In this document: positions 52,999-61,447 of the stretch, one piece after another
How the letters are laid out: every line of letters starts with the position of its first letter
How positions within the stretch are numbered: the stretch's first letter is position 1
From: Putridiphycobacter sp.
Lineage (GTDB): Bacteria; Bacteroidota; Bacteroidia; Flavobacteriales_D; Crocinitomicaceae
DNA: 64,000 nt
Reading direction: 5' to 3'
Assembly: GCA_965230485.1 (NCBI GenBank)
Contig: CBDDLA010000001.1
Span: 3,183,010-3,247,009, forward strand
Position numbers and translations under genes: made by a program
The notes under the pieces: generated by a model
Databases searched by the model: none
What the model saw: the letters and a program-made list of their open reading frames with translations, nothing else
Told to the model about the DNA's origin: nothing

Positions 52999-54834
52999 AT
53001 GAAAGTCGCTTTTTGGAATACTTTATTATTTATTTTAATTCAATCAACACTCTCTAATTTTTCGTTTGCCCAAAACGTTGCATTAGATTTTGATGGATCA
53101 AACGATATAGTGCAGACAACATACGGTGGTATAACAGGTTCTGCAGATCGAACATTCGAGGCATGGATATTCGTCAGTTCAAATGCACCTAATGCTAACT
53201 TAGCAATTTTAGATTACGGCTTGAATGCAGTAGGTTCCAGAAATACTTTCGCTGTTTCAAGTACTAGAAAGCTAACTTTTATTTCAGGAGGTACGAATGC
53301 GAATATTAGTTCAACAAATACTAATGTTGTGCCAATTGCTCAATGGACACATGTCGCATTTGTTCTAGACAATGGTACGGGATACCTCTACGTAAATGGA
53401 GTTCAAGTGGGAACAGGATCATTATCAACAGTAAATACTCCTACGGGAAATCAGGATTTAAGAATCGGGCAGAGGGTAACGGGTGGTTCAATTCCGTTTG
53501 AGGGAGCAATTGATGAGGTTAGGATTTATGATTATGCGAGAACTGTTACACAGATTAATGCAGATATGAACGCAGAGTATTGCTCCATTCCTGCCGGATT
53601 GGTTGCTTACTACCGTTTAAATGATGGTATTGCCAATGCAGTTAATACAGGTTTAAATACGGCTATTGATGATATAGGGAATAATAATGGTACATTAACT
53701 AATTTTGCACTTTCTGGCACAACCAGTAATTGGGTGACAGGACCAGTTTTAACGTCAGGGTTAAGTAATTCTTCCATTTTGGTAAATACTTGCTCGTCAT
53801 ACACTAGTACCAGTGGCATGGTTTACAATACTTCAGGAGTCTACAGTGAAACATTAACTAATTCAGCCGGGTGTGATAGTATTGTTACAATTAACCTAAC
53901 CATTGCACCACTTACAAGCAGTATAAATGTAAGTGCATGTGTGTCATACACATCTCCAAGCGGGAATTATGTGTATACTGGTACAGGTTTGTATTATGAT
54001 ACCTTACAAACTGCAGGAGGTTGTGATAGTATCATTGCAATTTCTTTTACAATAGATAGTTACGCAGGTACTGAAGTTATTTCTGCTTGTAATTCTTACA
54101 CAACACCTGATGGATTAAATACTTGGACAAGCTCAGGACAAAATACAGTTACCTATATTAACGTTGCTGGTTGCGATAGTGTAGTTACTTATGATTTAAC
54201 AATTGAATCGTCATCTAGTGCAACGATAAATGAAACAGCTTGCTCATCATATACTAGTCCAAGCGGGAACTATACTTTTACTGCTTCTGGTAACTACATG
54301 GATACCATCCAAAATACAGCGGGCTGTGATAGTGTTATCACTATTAACCTTAACATAATTAATATAGATAATGGAGTTAGTCAAACAGGAGCTACCCTCC
54401 AAGCTGACTTAGCTGGTGCGAGTTACCAATGGTATACTTGCAACAACGGTATGCTAGATATGCCTATTCCAGGTGAAACAGGACAGAGTTATACGGCAAA
54501 TGCCACAGGAGACTACGGAGTTGAAATCACATTGAATGGTTGTATAATAGAGTCCGCATGCTATACGGTAGACATTTCAAGCATAGCAGAGTCACCGCTT
54601 AATAGCGTTAAAATTTATCCTAATCCTTCAAACGGGACATTTACCATATCCTTTGCATCAATTCAAAATCAGCTGGATATACGTATTGTTGATCTTAGTG
54701 GTAAAGAAGTTTATAGAAAAACAAGGCAGGTATCAAATGGCCTTGTTATTCATGAAAAATTACCTTCAGGAGTTTATTTTCTCCAGTTACAGGCTAATAA
54801 TCGAACGGCCATTCGTAAAATCGTTGTTTTGTAA
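52999..54834 (+). CDS. T9SS type A cargo: LamG-like jellyroll plus four Cys repeats
   Basis: FDGSND, TFEAWI, WTHVAFV, FEGAIDEVRIY. CTD IYPNPSNG...GVYFLQL..KIVV. Confidence 0.88.
   Translation: MKVAFWNTLLFILIQSTLSNFSFAQNVALDFDGSNDIVQTTYGGITGSADRTFEAWIFVSSNAPNANLAILDYGLNAVGSRNTFAVSSTRKLTFISGGTNANISSTNTNVVPIAQWTHVAFVLDNGTGYLYVNGVQVGTGSLSTVNTPTGNQDLRIGQRVTGGSIPFEGAIDEVRIYDYARTVTQINADMNAEYCSIPAGLVAYYRLNDGIANAVNTGLNTAIDDIGNNNGTLTNFALSGTTSNWVTGPVLTSGLSNSSILVNTCSSYTSTSGMVYNTSGVYSETLTNSAGCDSIVTINLTIAPLTSSINVSACVSYTSPSGNYVYTGTGLYYDTLQTAGGCDSIIAISFTIDSYAGTEVISACNSYTTPDGLNTWTSSGQNTVTYINVAGCDSVVTYDLTIESSSSATINETACSSYTSPSGNYTFTASGNYMDTIQNTAGCDSVITINLNIINIDNGVSQTGATLQADLAGASYQWYTCNNGMLDMPIPGETGQSYTANATGDYGVEITLNGCIIESACYTVDISSIAESPLNSVKIYPNPSNGTFTISFASIQNQLDIRIVDLSGKEVYRKTRQVSNGLVIHEKLPSGVYFLQLQANNRTAIRKIVVL
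53770..54360 (+). repeat. Four tandem intragenic repeats of about 150 bp (50 aa)
   Basis: The GCDS Cys codons fall at 53872, 54022, 54172 and 54325, and each unit carries xC..YT. Confidence 0.85.
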
Positions 54835-54964
54835 ATCAGAGATTTTTTGCCCAAATAATTGTGTCTCTGTTCTAGAGTTTTACTTTGTAAAAAAAAGATA
54901 TTGTGACCATATATCAATCAGAATATTTAGTTTTGTTCGATTAATGATTGATAATTAAAATACT

Positions 54965-57310
54965 ATGCAATTCGAACGACTAACTTTTTTATTATTTCTT
55001 CTGGTAAATTTAAGCATTGTCAAAGCACAGAACCCTAATGCGTTTTGTACTAATATGAGTCCAATTTGTACTGATGATATATTAACGTTTGATGTTTCAA
55101 ACACTGGAGGTGGCTTGGTACAGGGAAATGACTATGATTGCTTGGTGCCAACAGTAGGAACAAACTGGTTTTATTTAAAAGTTGGTAATTCAGGTAATAT
55201 AGATATGACCATTACGGCGCCTCTTGGTTTTGACTTAGATTTTGCTGTTTGGGGACCATTTGCTAATTTATCTTCTGCCCAAAGTGCCTGTGGGAATTTA
55301 GGAGTTGCACCAAATCCATTAGGCACGGTTGATTGCAGCGCTTTAGGTGGAAATACGGAATCAGTAAATATTGCTGGTGCGAATGCAGGCAATATTTATG
55401 TCATGTTAATCACTACACTTGCTACTAGTGGGCCAACAACATTTCAGCTTACGTTAGATCCATCTAGTACAGGAACAACTGATTGTTCAATTGCCTGCCC
55501 TACAAATTCAGGCACATTTTCACTTTTAAAGGGCTCCGACCCAACAGATCCTTCAACTTATACGCCAACTACATCTCCAATTTCATTATGCGCTGGCGAA
55601 GGGTTTTCCATTTTCTCAAATCAAGATTATACTTTACCAGAGGATACGATTTCTTATGCAGATGGAGGAGATAGTATTTACTCTGCCCAGTTAATGTTTT
55701 TATTATATGATACATTACCTACAAGCACTGATCCAGGGTCCGATCCGGGCTATACGGGTGTTATTATACCATCAGATTCTATCAATGATCAAAATTCATC
55801 TTTAAGTTCAATTCTAGACTCATTAAACCTTGATTGTGGTGTAGTTTACTTTGTGCCAGTTACCGGAGATGATGGAATCGGGTTGAATAATAATATGGTC
55901 GGAGTTGGCGATAATGGTCAGCTTAACTATGATTTGAGTGGTAATGGTTGTCTGGCAATGGGAGATCCAATTGAAGTAAAGTATAATTGTGAATTGACCG
56001 CAACTGGTAATTTTTCATGTGCTGGTAATAATAATTTACTGAATGTAAGCCTTGAAGGAGGAGCAATTGGGGATGTATATATTTTTACGTATCGGGATGG
56101 TATTTTAAGTGAGGATACCATTCAAACACCAGATAATATTCAGGTCTCAAATTTAATGCATTTAGATACAATCGAGTTATATTTTGAAGACGAAGCCGGG
56201 TGTTTCGATTCGTTAAAAACAAGTTTTAGTATTCCCCAATTTGTAAATGTAAATGTGGCTGATGCTAATGGCTGCATTGCTCAAGGGCAAGTCTCAGTTG
56301 AAGGAGATTCGTTGACTGGAAATGGGGGGCTTGCAAAAATTATTATGAATGGCATAGTTGAAACCAGTACTTTGCCTTTTGATACGCTAAGCGCAATTGG
56401 AGGTACCCAAGTATTAATTTCATTAGAAGATCAAGCAGGCTGTCAAAATGATACGGTTGTGACGATTGGTATTATAGGTGGCAATCAGCTTATTATTGAT
56501 ACTATTCCAGGAACTATTCTTGATGTTTCTTGTTTCGGTTACAATGATGGAACAGCCACTGTTAGCGCTTACGGAGTTGATCAGTTTGGGAACCCTAGTG
56601 GGGTACCGATTGTAAGTTACGTCTGGACTCATTCAACTGGAGTTGCAGTTGGAGGGACTGCATTGGATAGTGTTTTAATAAATGCTATTCCAGGATCATG
56701 GACCGTTACTGCTACTAGTGCAAATGGATGCACCATTACCATGACGATAGTTATCAATGAACCAGATTCCATTCAGAACAATAACTCAGTAATCGTTGAG
56801 CCAACGGTAGGACTATCGAATGGTTCAATTGATATATCAGTTATTGGAGGAACTTTGCCATATGCAACCTACACAGTTATTGACGCCAATGGTACCTCTT
56901 ACCCTGTGACTGGTTCACTTGCGACTGGTCTATCAGGAGGAACATATACTATAACTGTTGAAGACGCAAATGGATGTACTGGAACATTTACAATGACTTT
57001 GACTGAGATGCCACTTTCAATCGATAATGACTTTGATTTAAATGATATAGCTGGCATTTCTGATTTAAAATTATTTCCTTCAAGAGTTGATAATGAGTTA
57101 AATGTTAGCTTTAATCTTGCTAAACTCGGTGTTGGTTCTATAACGATCCTCGATCAAAAGGGAGCTAAAGTATTTAATTTAGAAAATACTGATTTTACTG
57201 ATGGTAAGAATCATATGGTACTTGAGCTAACCGAATTATCGTCAGGAGTTTATTTTTTAGAATTAAAAGTAAATTCGAATAGACAGCTAAGTAAGTTTAT
57301 GAAACAATAA
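54965..57310 (+). CDS. T9SS cargo surface protein with SprB-like repeats
   Basis: Signal peptide, DVSCFGYNDGTATV and SNGSIDISVIGGTLPY...TVEDANGC. CTD-like tail LFPSRVDNELNV...LSSGVYFLEL..KFMK. Confidence 0.8.
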   Translation: MQFERLTFLLFLLVNLSIVKAQNPNAFCTNMSPICTDDILTFDVSNTGGGLVQGNDYDCLVPTVGTNWFYLKVGNSGNIDMTITAPLGFDLDFAVWGPFANLSSAQSACGNLGVAPNPLGTVDCSALGGNTESVNIAGANAGNIYVMLITTLATSGPTTFQLTLDPSSTGTTDCSIACPTNSGTFSLLKGSDPTDPSTYTPTTSPISLCAGEGFSIFSNQDYTLPEDTISYADGGDSIYSAQLMFLLYDTLPTSTDPGSDPGYTGVIIPSDSINDQNSSLSSILDSLNLDCGVVYFVPVTGDDGIGLNNNMVGVGDNGQLNYDLSGNGCLAMGDPIEVKYNCELTATGNFSCAGNNNLLNVSLEGGAIGDVYIFTYRDGILSEDTIQTPDNIQVSNLMHLDTIELYFEDEAGCFDSLKTSFSIPQFVNVNVADANGCIAQGQVSVEGDSLTGNGGLAKIIMNGIVETSTLPFDTLSAIGGTQVLISLEDQAGCQNDTVVTIGIIGGNQLIIDTIPGTILDVSCFGYNDGTATVSAYGVDQFGNPSGVPIVSYVWTHSTGVAVGGTALDSVLINAIPGSWTVTATSANGCTITMTIVINEPDSIQNNNSVIVEPTVGLSNGSIDISVIGGTLPYATYTVIDANGTSYPVTGSLATGLSGGTYTITVEDANGCTGTFTMTLTEMPLSIDNDFDLNDIAGISDLKLFPSRVDNELNVSFNLAKLGVGSITILDQKGAKVFNLENTDFTDGKNHMVLELTELSSGVYFLELKVNSNRQLSKFMKQ

Positions 57311-57340
57311 AAAAGGAGCACCTATTGCTAAGTACCCCTT
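57308..57340 (-). terminator. Terminator between the convergent T9SS gene and the fad operon
   Basis: Minus strand reads AAGGGGTAC-ttagcaatag-GTGCTCCTT followed by a T run. Confidence 0.75.
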
Positions 57341-57362
57341 ATCGTTGTTTGTATTTTAACTT

Positions 57363-59165
57363 TTAAGCTTTATTTATGGCATCAGAGAAACAATACTCAT
57401 TTTTCGAGATAGCTTGAGCCGCAATGTTTCTGCGCGCTTCAATTGTATTGTACGCAGCTACTTTCGTGAATCGTTTTAATCCCATTATCATCATGGTTAA
57501 CTCATCAGCCTCAACAAAAGACATTAACGCTGTTTTCCCTGCTTTATTAATCATATCGGCAGAGTCGAAAATAAGAGTTTGAGCAATATCAATGTAAGTT
57601 GATGTCGCTTCCTTGCCTTTTGATTTAACCATTTTCTCGACCCTCAATAAAGTTGATTCGCAAAGATAAATCGCGTTGGCCATGTCTGCTACATTCATTA
57701 GCACTTCCTGTTCCTTGGAGAGTTGCATCATTAGTTTTTGAGCGGCAGTTCCTGCTGTCATCAATAATGCTTTTTTAAAGTTTTTAATATATTTCTTTTC
57801 TTCTGCAAATAATTCATTTGAAGGATCTTCAAAGTCAGGCACACTCATTAATTCATTTGATACTGCCATTGCAGGTCCCATCAGGTCAAGTTTCCCTTTC
57901 ATGGCCTTCTTCAAAATCATATCAACGGTTAAAAGTCGATTGATTTCATTCGTTCCTTCAAAAATTCTATTAATTCTCGCATCTCGGTAGGCCCGTTCAA
58001 TTTGTGATTCAGCTGAAAAACCCATTCCACCATGAATTTGTACACCTTCATCAACACAGTAATCCAAAGCATCAGATCCGATTACTTTTAACATAGCGCA
58101 TTCTGCAGCAAATTCCTCAATACCCTTAAGAGTAGCCTGACCTTTTTCCATTCCTCCGTCCTGCAGCGCGTGAATGGCCATATCAATATCATGAGCCAAT
58201 CTATAACAGGCAGATTCTAATGAAAACGTTTTAATAATTTGTTCACCAATTTTTGAGCGGATTGCTCCATATTTTGAAATTGGTCTGCCAAACTGTTCTC
58301 TTTCATTGGCATATTTTACTGAATGATTTATCGACTCTTTACAACCTCCTAATACACCACCAGCTAATTTAATTCTGCCGATATTTAAAATATTGAGCGC
58401 AATTTTGAAGCCTCCTTCTCGTTCTCCCAATAGATTTTCTACAGGAATTTTAACATCATTGAAAAATACTTGTCGGGTAGAGGACCCTTTAATCCCCATT
58501 TTCTTTTCTTCAGGATTTAAGGTAATTCCTTCAGATTTAGCATCTACTATAAAACCGGTTAAATTTTTATCATCACCAATTTTAGCGAAAACGGTAAAAA
58601 CATCTGCAAATCCACCATTTGTAATCCACATTTTTTGACCAGTAATACTGTACGTTTTTCCATCATCTGATAGTATGGCTTTTGTTTTTCCAGAGTTAGC
58701 ATCCGACCCCGAACTTGGTTCTGTTAAGCAGTATGCGGCTTTCCATTCTCCTGAAGCTAATTTTGGAATGTATTTTTGCTTTTGTGCCTCTGTTCCATAA
58801 TACAAAATAGGTAATGTACCTATTCCTGTATGCGCACCATATGCCACCGAAAAAGAATGTCCTCTACCAGTATATTCTGTAGCTAGAAGTGAGGTAGGAA
58901 AGTCCATACCCATACCTCCAAGATCCTGTGGAACAGACATTCCTAACAGTCCTAATTCTCCTGCTTTTTCTAATAAAGAAGGCATTAAACCATCCTCTAG
59001 TGCATCAATGCGATCCAAATTAGGGATGACTTCTTGTTTAATAAAATCGAGGCACATTTGCGCAATCATGCCTTGTTCCTCCGTATAATCTTCAGGGGTA
59101 AAAATATCATTATATTCTGTATCTCTGATGATGAATTCCCCTCCTTTAATCGCTTTTTTTGCCAT
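57363..59165 (-). CDS. Acyl-CoA dehydrogenase
   Basis: AYCLTEPSSGSDA, GQKMWITNG, KMGIKGSST, LNIGRI, QIHGGMGF and RIFEGTNEI. Confidence 0.95.
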   Translation of the reverse strand: MAKKAIKGGEFIIRDTEYNDIFTPEDYTEEQGMIAQMCLDFIKQEVIPNLDRIDALEDGLMPSLLEKAGELGLLGMSVPQDLGGMGMDFPTSLLATEYTGRGHSFSVAYGAHTGIGTLPILYYGTEAQKQKYIPKLASGEWKAAYCLTEPSSGSDANSGKTKAILSDDGKTYSITGQKMWITNGGFADVFTVFAKIGDDKNLTGFIVDAKSEGITLNPEEKKMGIKGSSTRQVFFNDVKIPVENLLGEREGGFKIALNILNIGRIKLAGGVLGGCKESINHSVKYANEREQFGRPISKYGAIRSKIGEQIIKTFSLESACYRLAHDIDMAIHALQDGGMEKGQATLKGIEEFAAECAMLKVIGSDALDYCVDEGVQIHGGMGFSAESQIERAYRDARINRIFEGTNEINRLLTVDMILKKAMKGKLDLMGPAMAVSNELMSVPDFEDPSNELFAEEKKYIKNFKKALLMTAGTAAQKLMMQLSKEQEVLMNVADMANAIYLCESTLLRVEKMVKSKGKEATSTYIDIAQTLIFDSADMINKAGKTALMSFVEADELTMMIMGLKRFTKVAAYNTIEARRNIAAQAISKNEYCFSDAINKA

Positions 59166-59218
59166 ATTTTATTTTTTATATCGTAATGTTATTGTTTTCA
59201 TTCTAAAGTGCCAGTTGT

Positions 59219-59665
59219 CTAGCTATCTAATTTATAATACATCAATTTGTGTGGTCCAATTTCGGGAACATTGTATGTTTCACCTACTACTTTAAATCCC
59301 ATTTTACTGTAGAATTCGGTGGCTTCTATTCTGGCATCACACCATACAATTTCTGCTTTTTTTTGCCTTAATTTTTCAATTCCTTTTTTAATCATTTCTT
59401 TGCCTAAACCTTTTCCTCTGGCCGAAGGATGTGTAGCCATTGCTCTTAATCTATATTGAACAATCTCAGTGAAGTTGTCATTGGTTTGATTAATATATGT
59501 TGATGTTCCTAATACATTATCGTCTGCATCTAATGCACCTATATGAAACGTACTTCTTTTTAAATCTGCTTCAATTCCGCAATCCAGCAAAATTTTATGT
59601 CGCCAGAGGACTAAATTTCTTAGCGGCCATAATGTTTTACTATTTTTTATTTCTTTAATTGTCAT
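59219..59665 (-). CDS. GNAT family N-acetyltransferase
   Basis: YRLRAMAT..ARGKGLG, WCDAR and GPH.LMY. Confidence 0.88.
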   Translation of the reverse strand: MTIKEIKNSKTLWPLRNLVLWRHKILLDCGIEADLKRSTFHIGALDADDNVLGTSTYINQTNDNFTEIVQYRLRAMATHPSARGKGLGKEMIKKGIEKLRQKKAEIVWCDARIEATEFYSKMGFKVVGETYNVPEIGPHKLMYYKLDS

Positions 59666-59781
59666 CTTTATTTTACTTTATTAACACCCCCCTTCTCATT
59701 ACTACTCTATTCCACTTCATCAATCGAACTGACAAGTTTATTCACCAAAAGCAATTAATACCAACTACTATGTACGACGAT

Positions 59782-60960
59782 CTACATCATTTCAATTACG
59801 CCTGCTGCCCCCTGCCCAGTTCCCACGCACATGGTTACTACACCATATTTTTGGTTTCGCCTTTTTAACTCATTCATAATTTGAACTGATAATTTTGCTC
59901 CAGTACATCCCAAAGGATGTCCTAATGCAATGGCTCCGCCATTAACGTTAACAATTTCTGGATTGATACCGGTTTCTTTAATTACTGCCAAAGATTGTGA
60001 GGCAAAGGCCTCATTCAATTCGAATAAATCAATATCATTTAATTTTAACCCAGCCATTTCTACTGCACCTGGAATAGCATCTACAGGTCCAATTCCCATG
60101 ATTCTTGGTGGAACACCTACAACTTTATAGGAAACGAGTCTTGCTATAGGCTCAAGGTTTAATTCTTTTACTTTCTCTTCAGACATCATAAGGACAAAAG
60201 CAGCTCCATCAGACATTTGACTTGAATTACCAGCTGTTACAGAACCTCCATTTTGAAATACTGGGCGAAGTTTTGCTAGCGCTTCAATTGAAGTACCTAG
60301 TCTTGGACCTTCATCAGTATCCACAATATTGGTTTTCTCAGCTCGCTTTCCATCTTTATCTAAGTATACCTCATTAACTGAAATTGGTACAATATCATCT
60401 TTAAACTTACCCTCCTTAATGGCATTCAAAGCTTTCATGTGAGAGTTAAAGGCAAATTCATCTTGTTGCTCACGAGTAACCTTATACTTTGTGGCAACTT
60501 CTTCAGCCGTATTGCCCATTCCCCAATAGTAGTCGGCATGTTCTTTTGATACCCTTGCATTTGGGACAACTCGCCAACCTCCCATTGCTATAGCAGACAT
60601 TGATTCTGTTCCACCTGCAATAATAATGTCTGCTAAGCCAGATTCAATTTTAGCTTTCGCAATGGCCATAGTTTCTAATCCAGAAGAGCAATAGCGATTC
60701 ACTGTCATGCCAGGTACTTTATTCGTATTTAGTCCCATTAAAGAAATGAATCTCCCAACATTTAGGCCTTGTTCCGCTTCTGGCATAGCATTACCAACTA
60801 TCAAATCATCAATTAATTCTTGGTCTAATTCAGGTACTTCTGACAAAAGGTGCTTGATCACATCTGCTGCTAAATCATCTGGTCTGCTAAATCTAAATCC
60901 ACCACGGCTTGCTTTTCCAACCGCAGTTCTGTATGCTTTTACAATATATGCTGTTTTCAT
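59782..60960 (-). CDS. fadA: Acetyl-CoA C-acyltransferase (thiolase)
   Basis: NRYCSSG, NEAFA, GHPLGCTG and MCVGTG. Confidence 0.94.
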   Translation of the reverse strand: MKTAYIVKAYRTAVGKASRGGFRFSRPDDLAADVIKHLLSEVPELDQELIDDLIVGNAMPEAEQGLNVGRFISLMGLNTNKVPGMTVNRYCSSGLETMAIAKAKIESGLADIIIAGGTESMSAIAMGGWRVVPNARVSKEHADYYWGMGNTAEEVATKYKVTREQQDEFAFNSHMKALNAIKEGKFKDDIVPISVNEVYLDKDGKRAEKTNIVDTDEGPRLGTSIEALAKLRPVFQNGGSVTAGNSSQMSDGAAFVLMMSEEKVKELNLEPIARLVSYKVVGVPPRIMGIGPVDAIPGAVEMAGLKLNDIDLFELNEAFASQSLAVIKETGINPEIVNVNGGAIALGHPLGCTGAKLSVQIMNELKRRNQKYGVVTMCVGTGQGAAGVIEMM

Positions 60961-60964
60961 GTTT

Positions 60965-61008
60965 TAGATGCTAGAACGTTTCGCAGATAGATGCTTGACG
61001 CTAGACTT
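60965..61008 (+). repeat. Heptamer array flanking the four-helix-bundle gene (left arm)
   Basis: TAGATGC TAGAACG TTTCGCAGA TAGATGC TTGACGC TAGACTT. Confidence 0.75.
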
Positions 61009-61018
61009 TTTTATTTTA

Positions 61019-61378
61019 TTAACTTTTTGATTGAATAGACATTATAAATCCATTAATCATTTTTTGTATCTCTAATATTTTCGTTGTTAATTCCTCAATT
61101 ATACTGTTTTCAAAATTTAAGACCTTCTTGGATATTAAAAGTTGAGTTTCCAGTTCAAAAGCTGATCCAAGTGCAATCTGTAAAAATCGGGTAAAATCTT
61201 TATTTGATGATCTACTTGATCCTTCAGCTATATTCGACGGAACTGAAACAGCACATCTTCTAATCTGACTTATTAATCCAAACTTTTCAGCATCTGGAAA
61301 GCGTTTAGTCAATTCATAGACCTCCACGGAAAAATCAATTGATTTTTTCCAAATATTTAACTCTTTAAAATTATGCAT
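61019..61378 (-). CDS. Four helix bundle protein (23S rRNA IVS-encoded / Avd-like family)
   Basis: L.IWKKS, FP..EKFGLISQIRR.AVSVPSNIAEG, FL.IALGSAFELETQL. Confidence 0.93.
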   Translation of the reverse strand: MHNFKELNIWKKSIDFSVEVYELTKRFPDAEKFGLISQIRRCAVSVPSNIAEGSSRSSNKDFTRFLQIALGSAFELETQLLISKKVLNFENSIIEELTTKILEIQKMINGFIMSIQSKS

Positions 61379-61403
61379 TCAATTGTATTTAAAATTTGTC
61401 TTT

Positions 61404-61447
61404 AGTCTAGTATCTAGTAGCGAAGCGCTCTTCAATCTAATATCTAG
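61404..61447 (-). repeat. Heptamer array flanking the four-helix-bundle gene (right arm, inverted)
   Basis: Plus strand reads AGTCTAG TATCTAG TA GCGAAGCG CTCTTCAA TCTAA TATCTAG. Confidence 0.75.

Noticed and set aside
61019-61378. Four-helix-bundle gene as part of a DGR or as a ribosomal protein
   Set aside because: The window has no reverse transcriptase, template or variable repeat, or rRNA. The 'S23 ribosomal' label for this family is a known misnomer.
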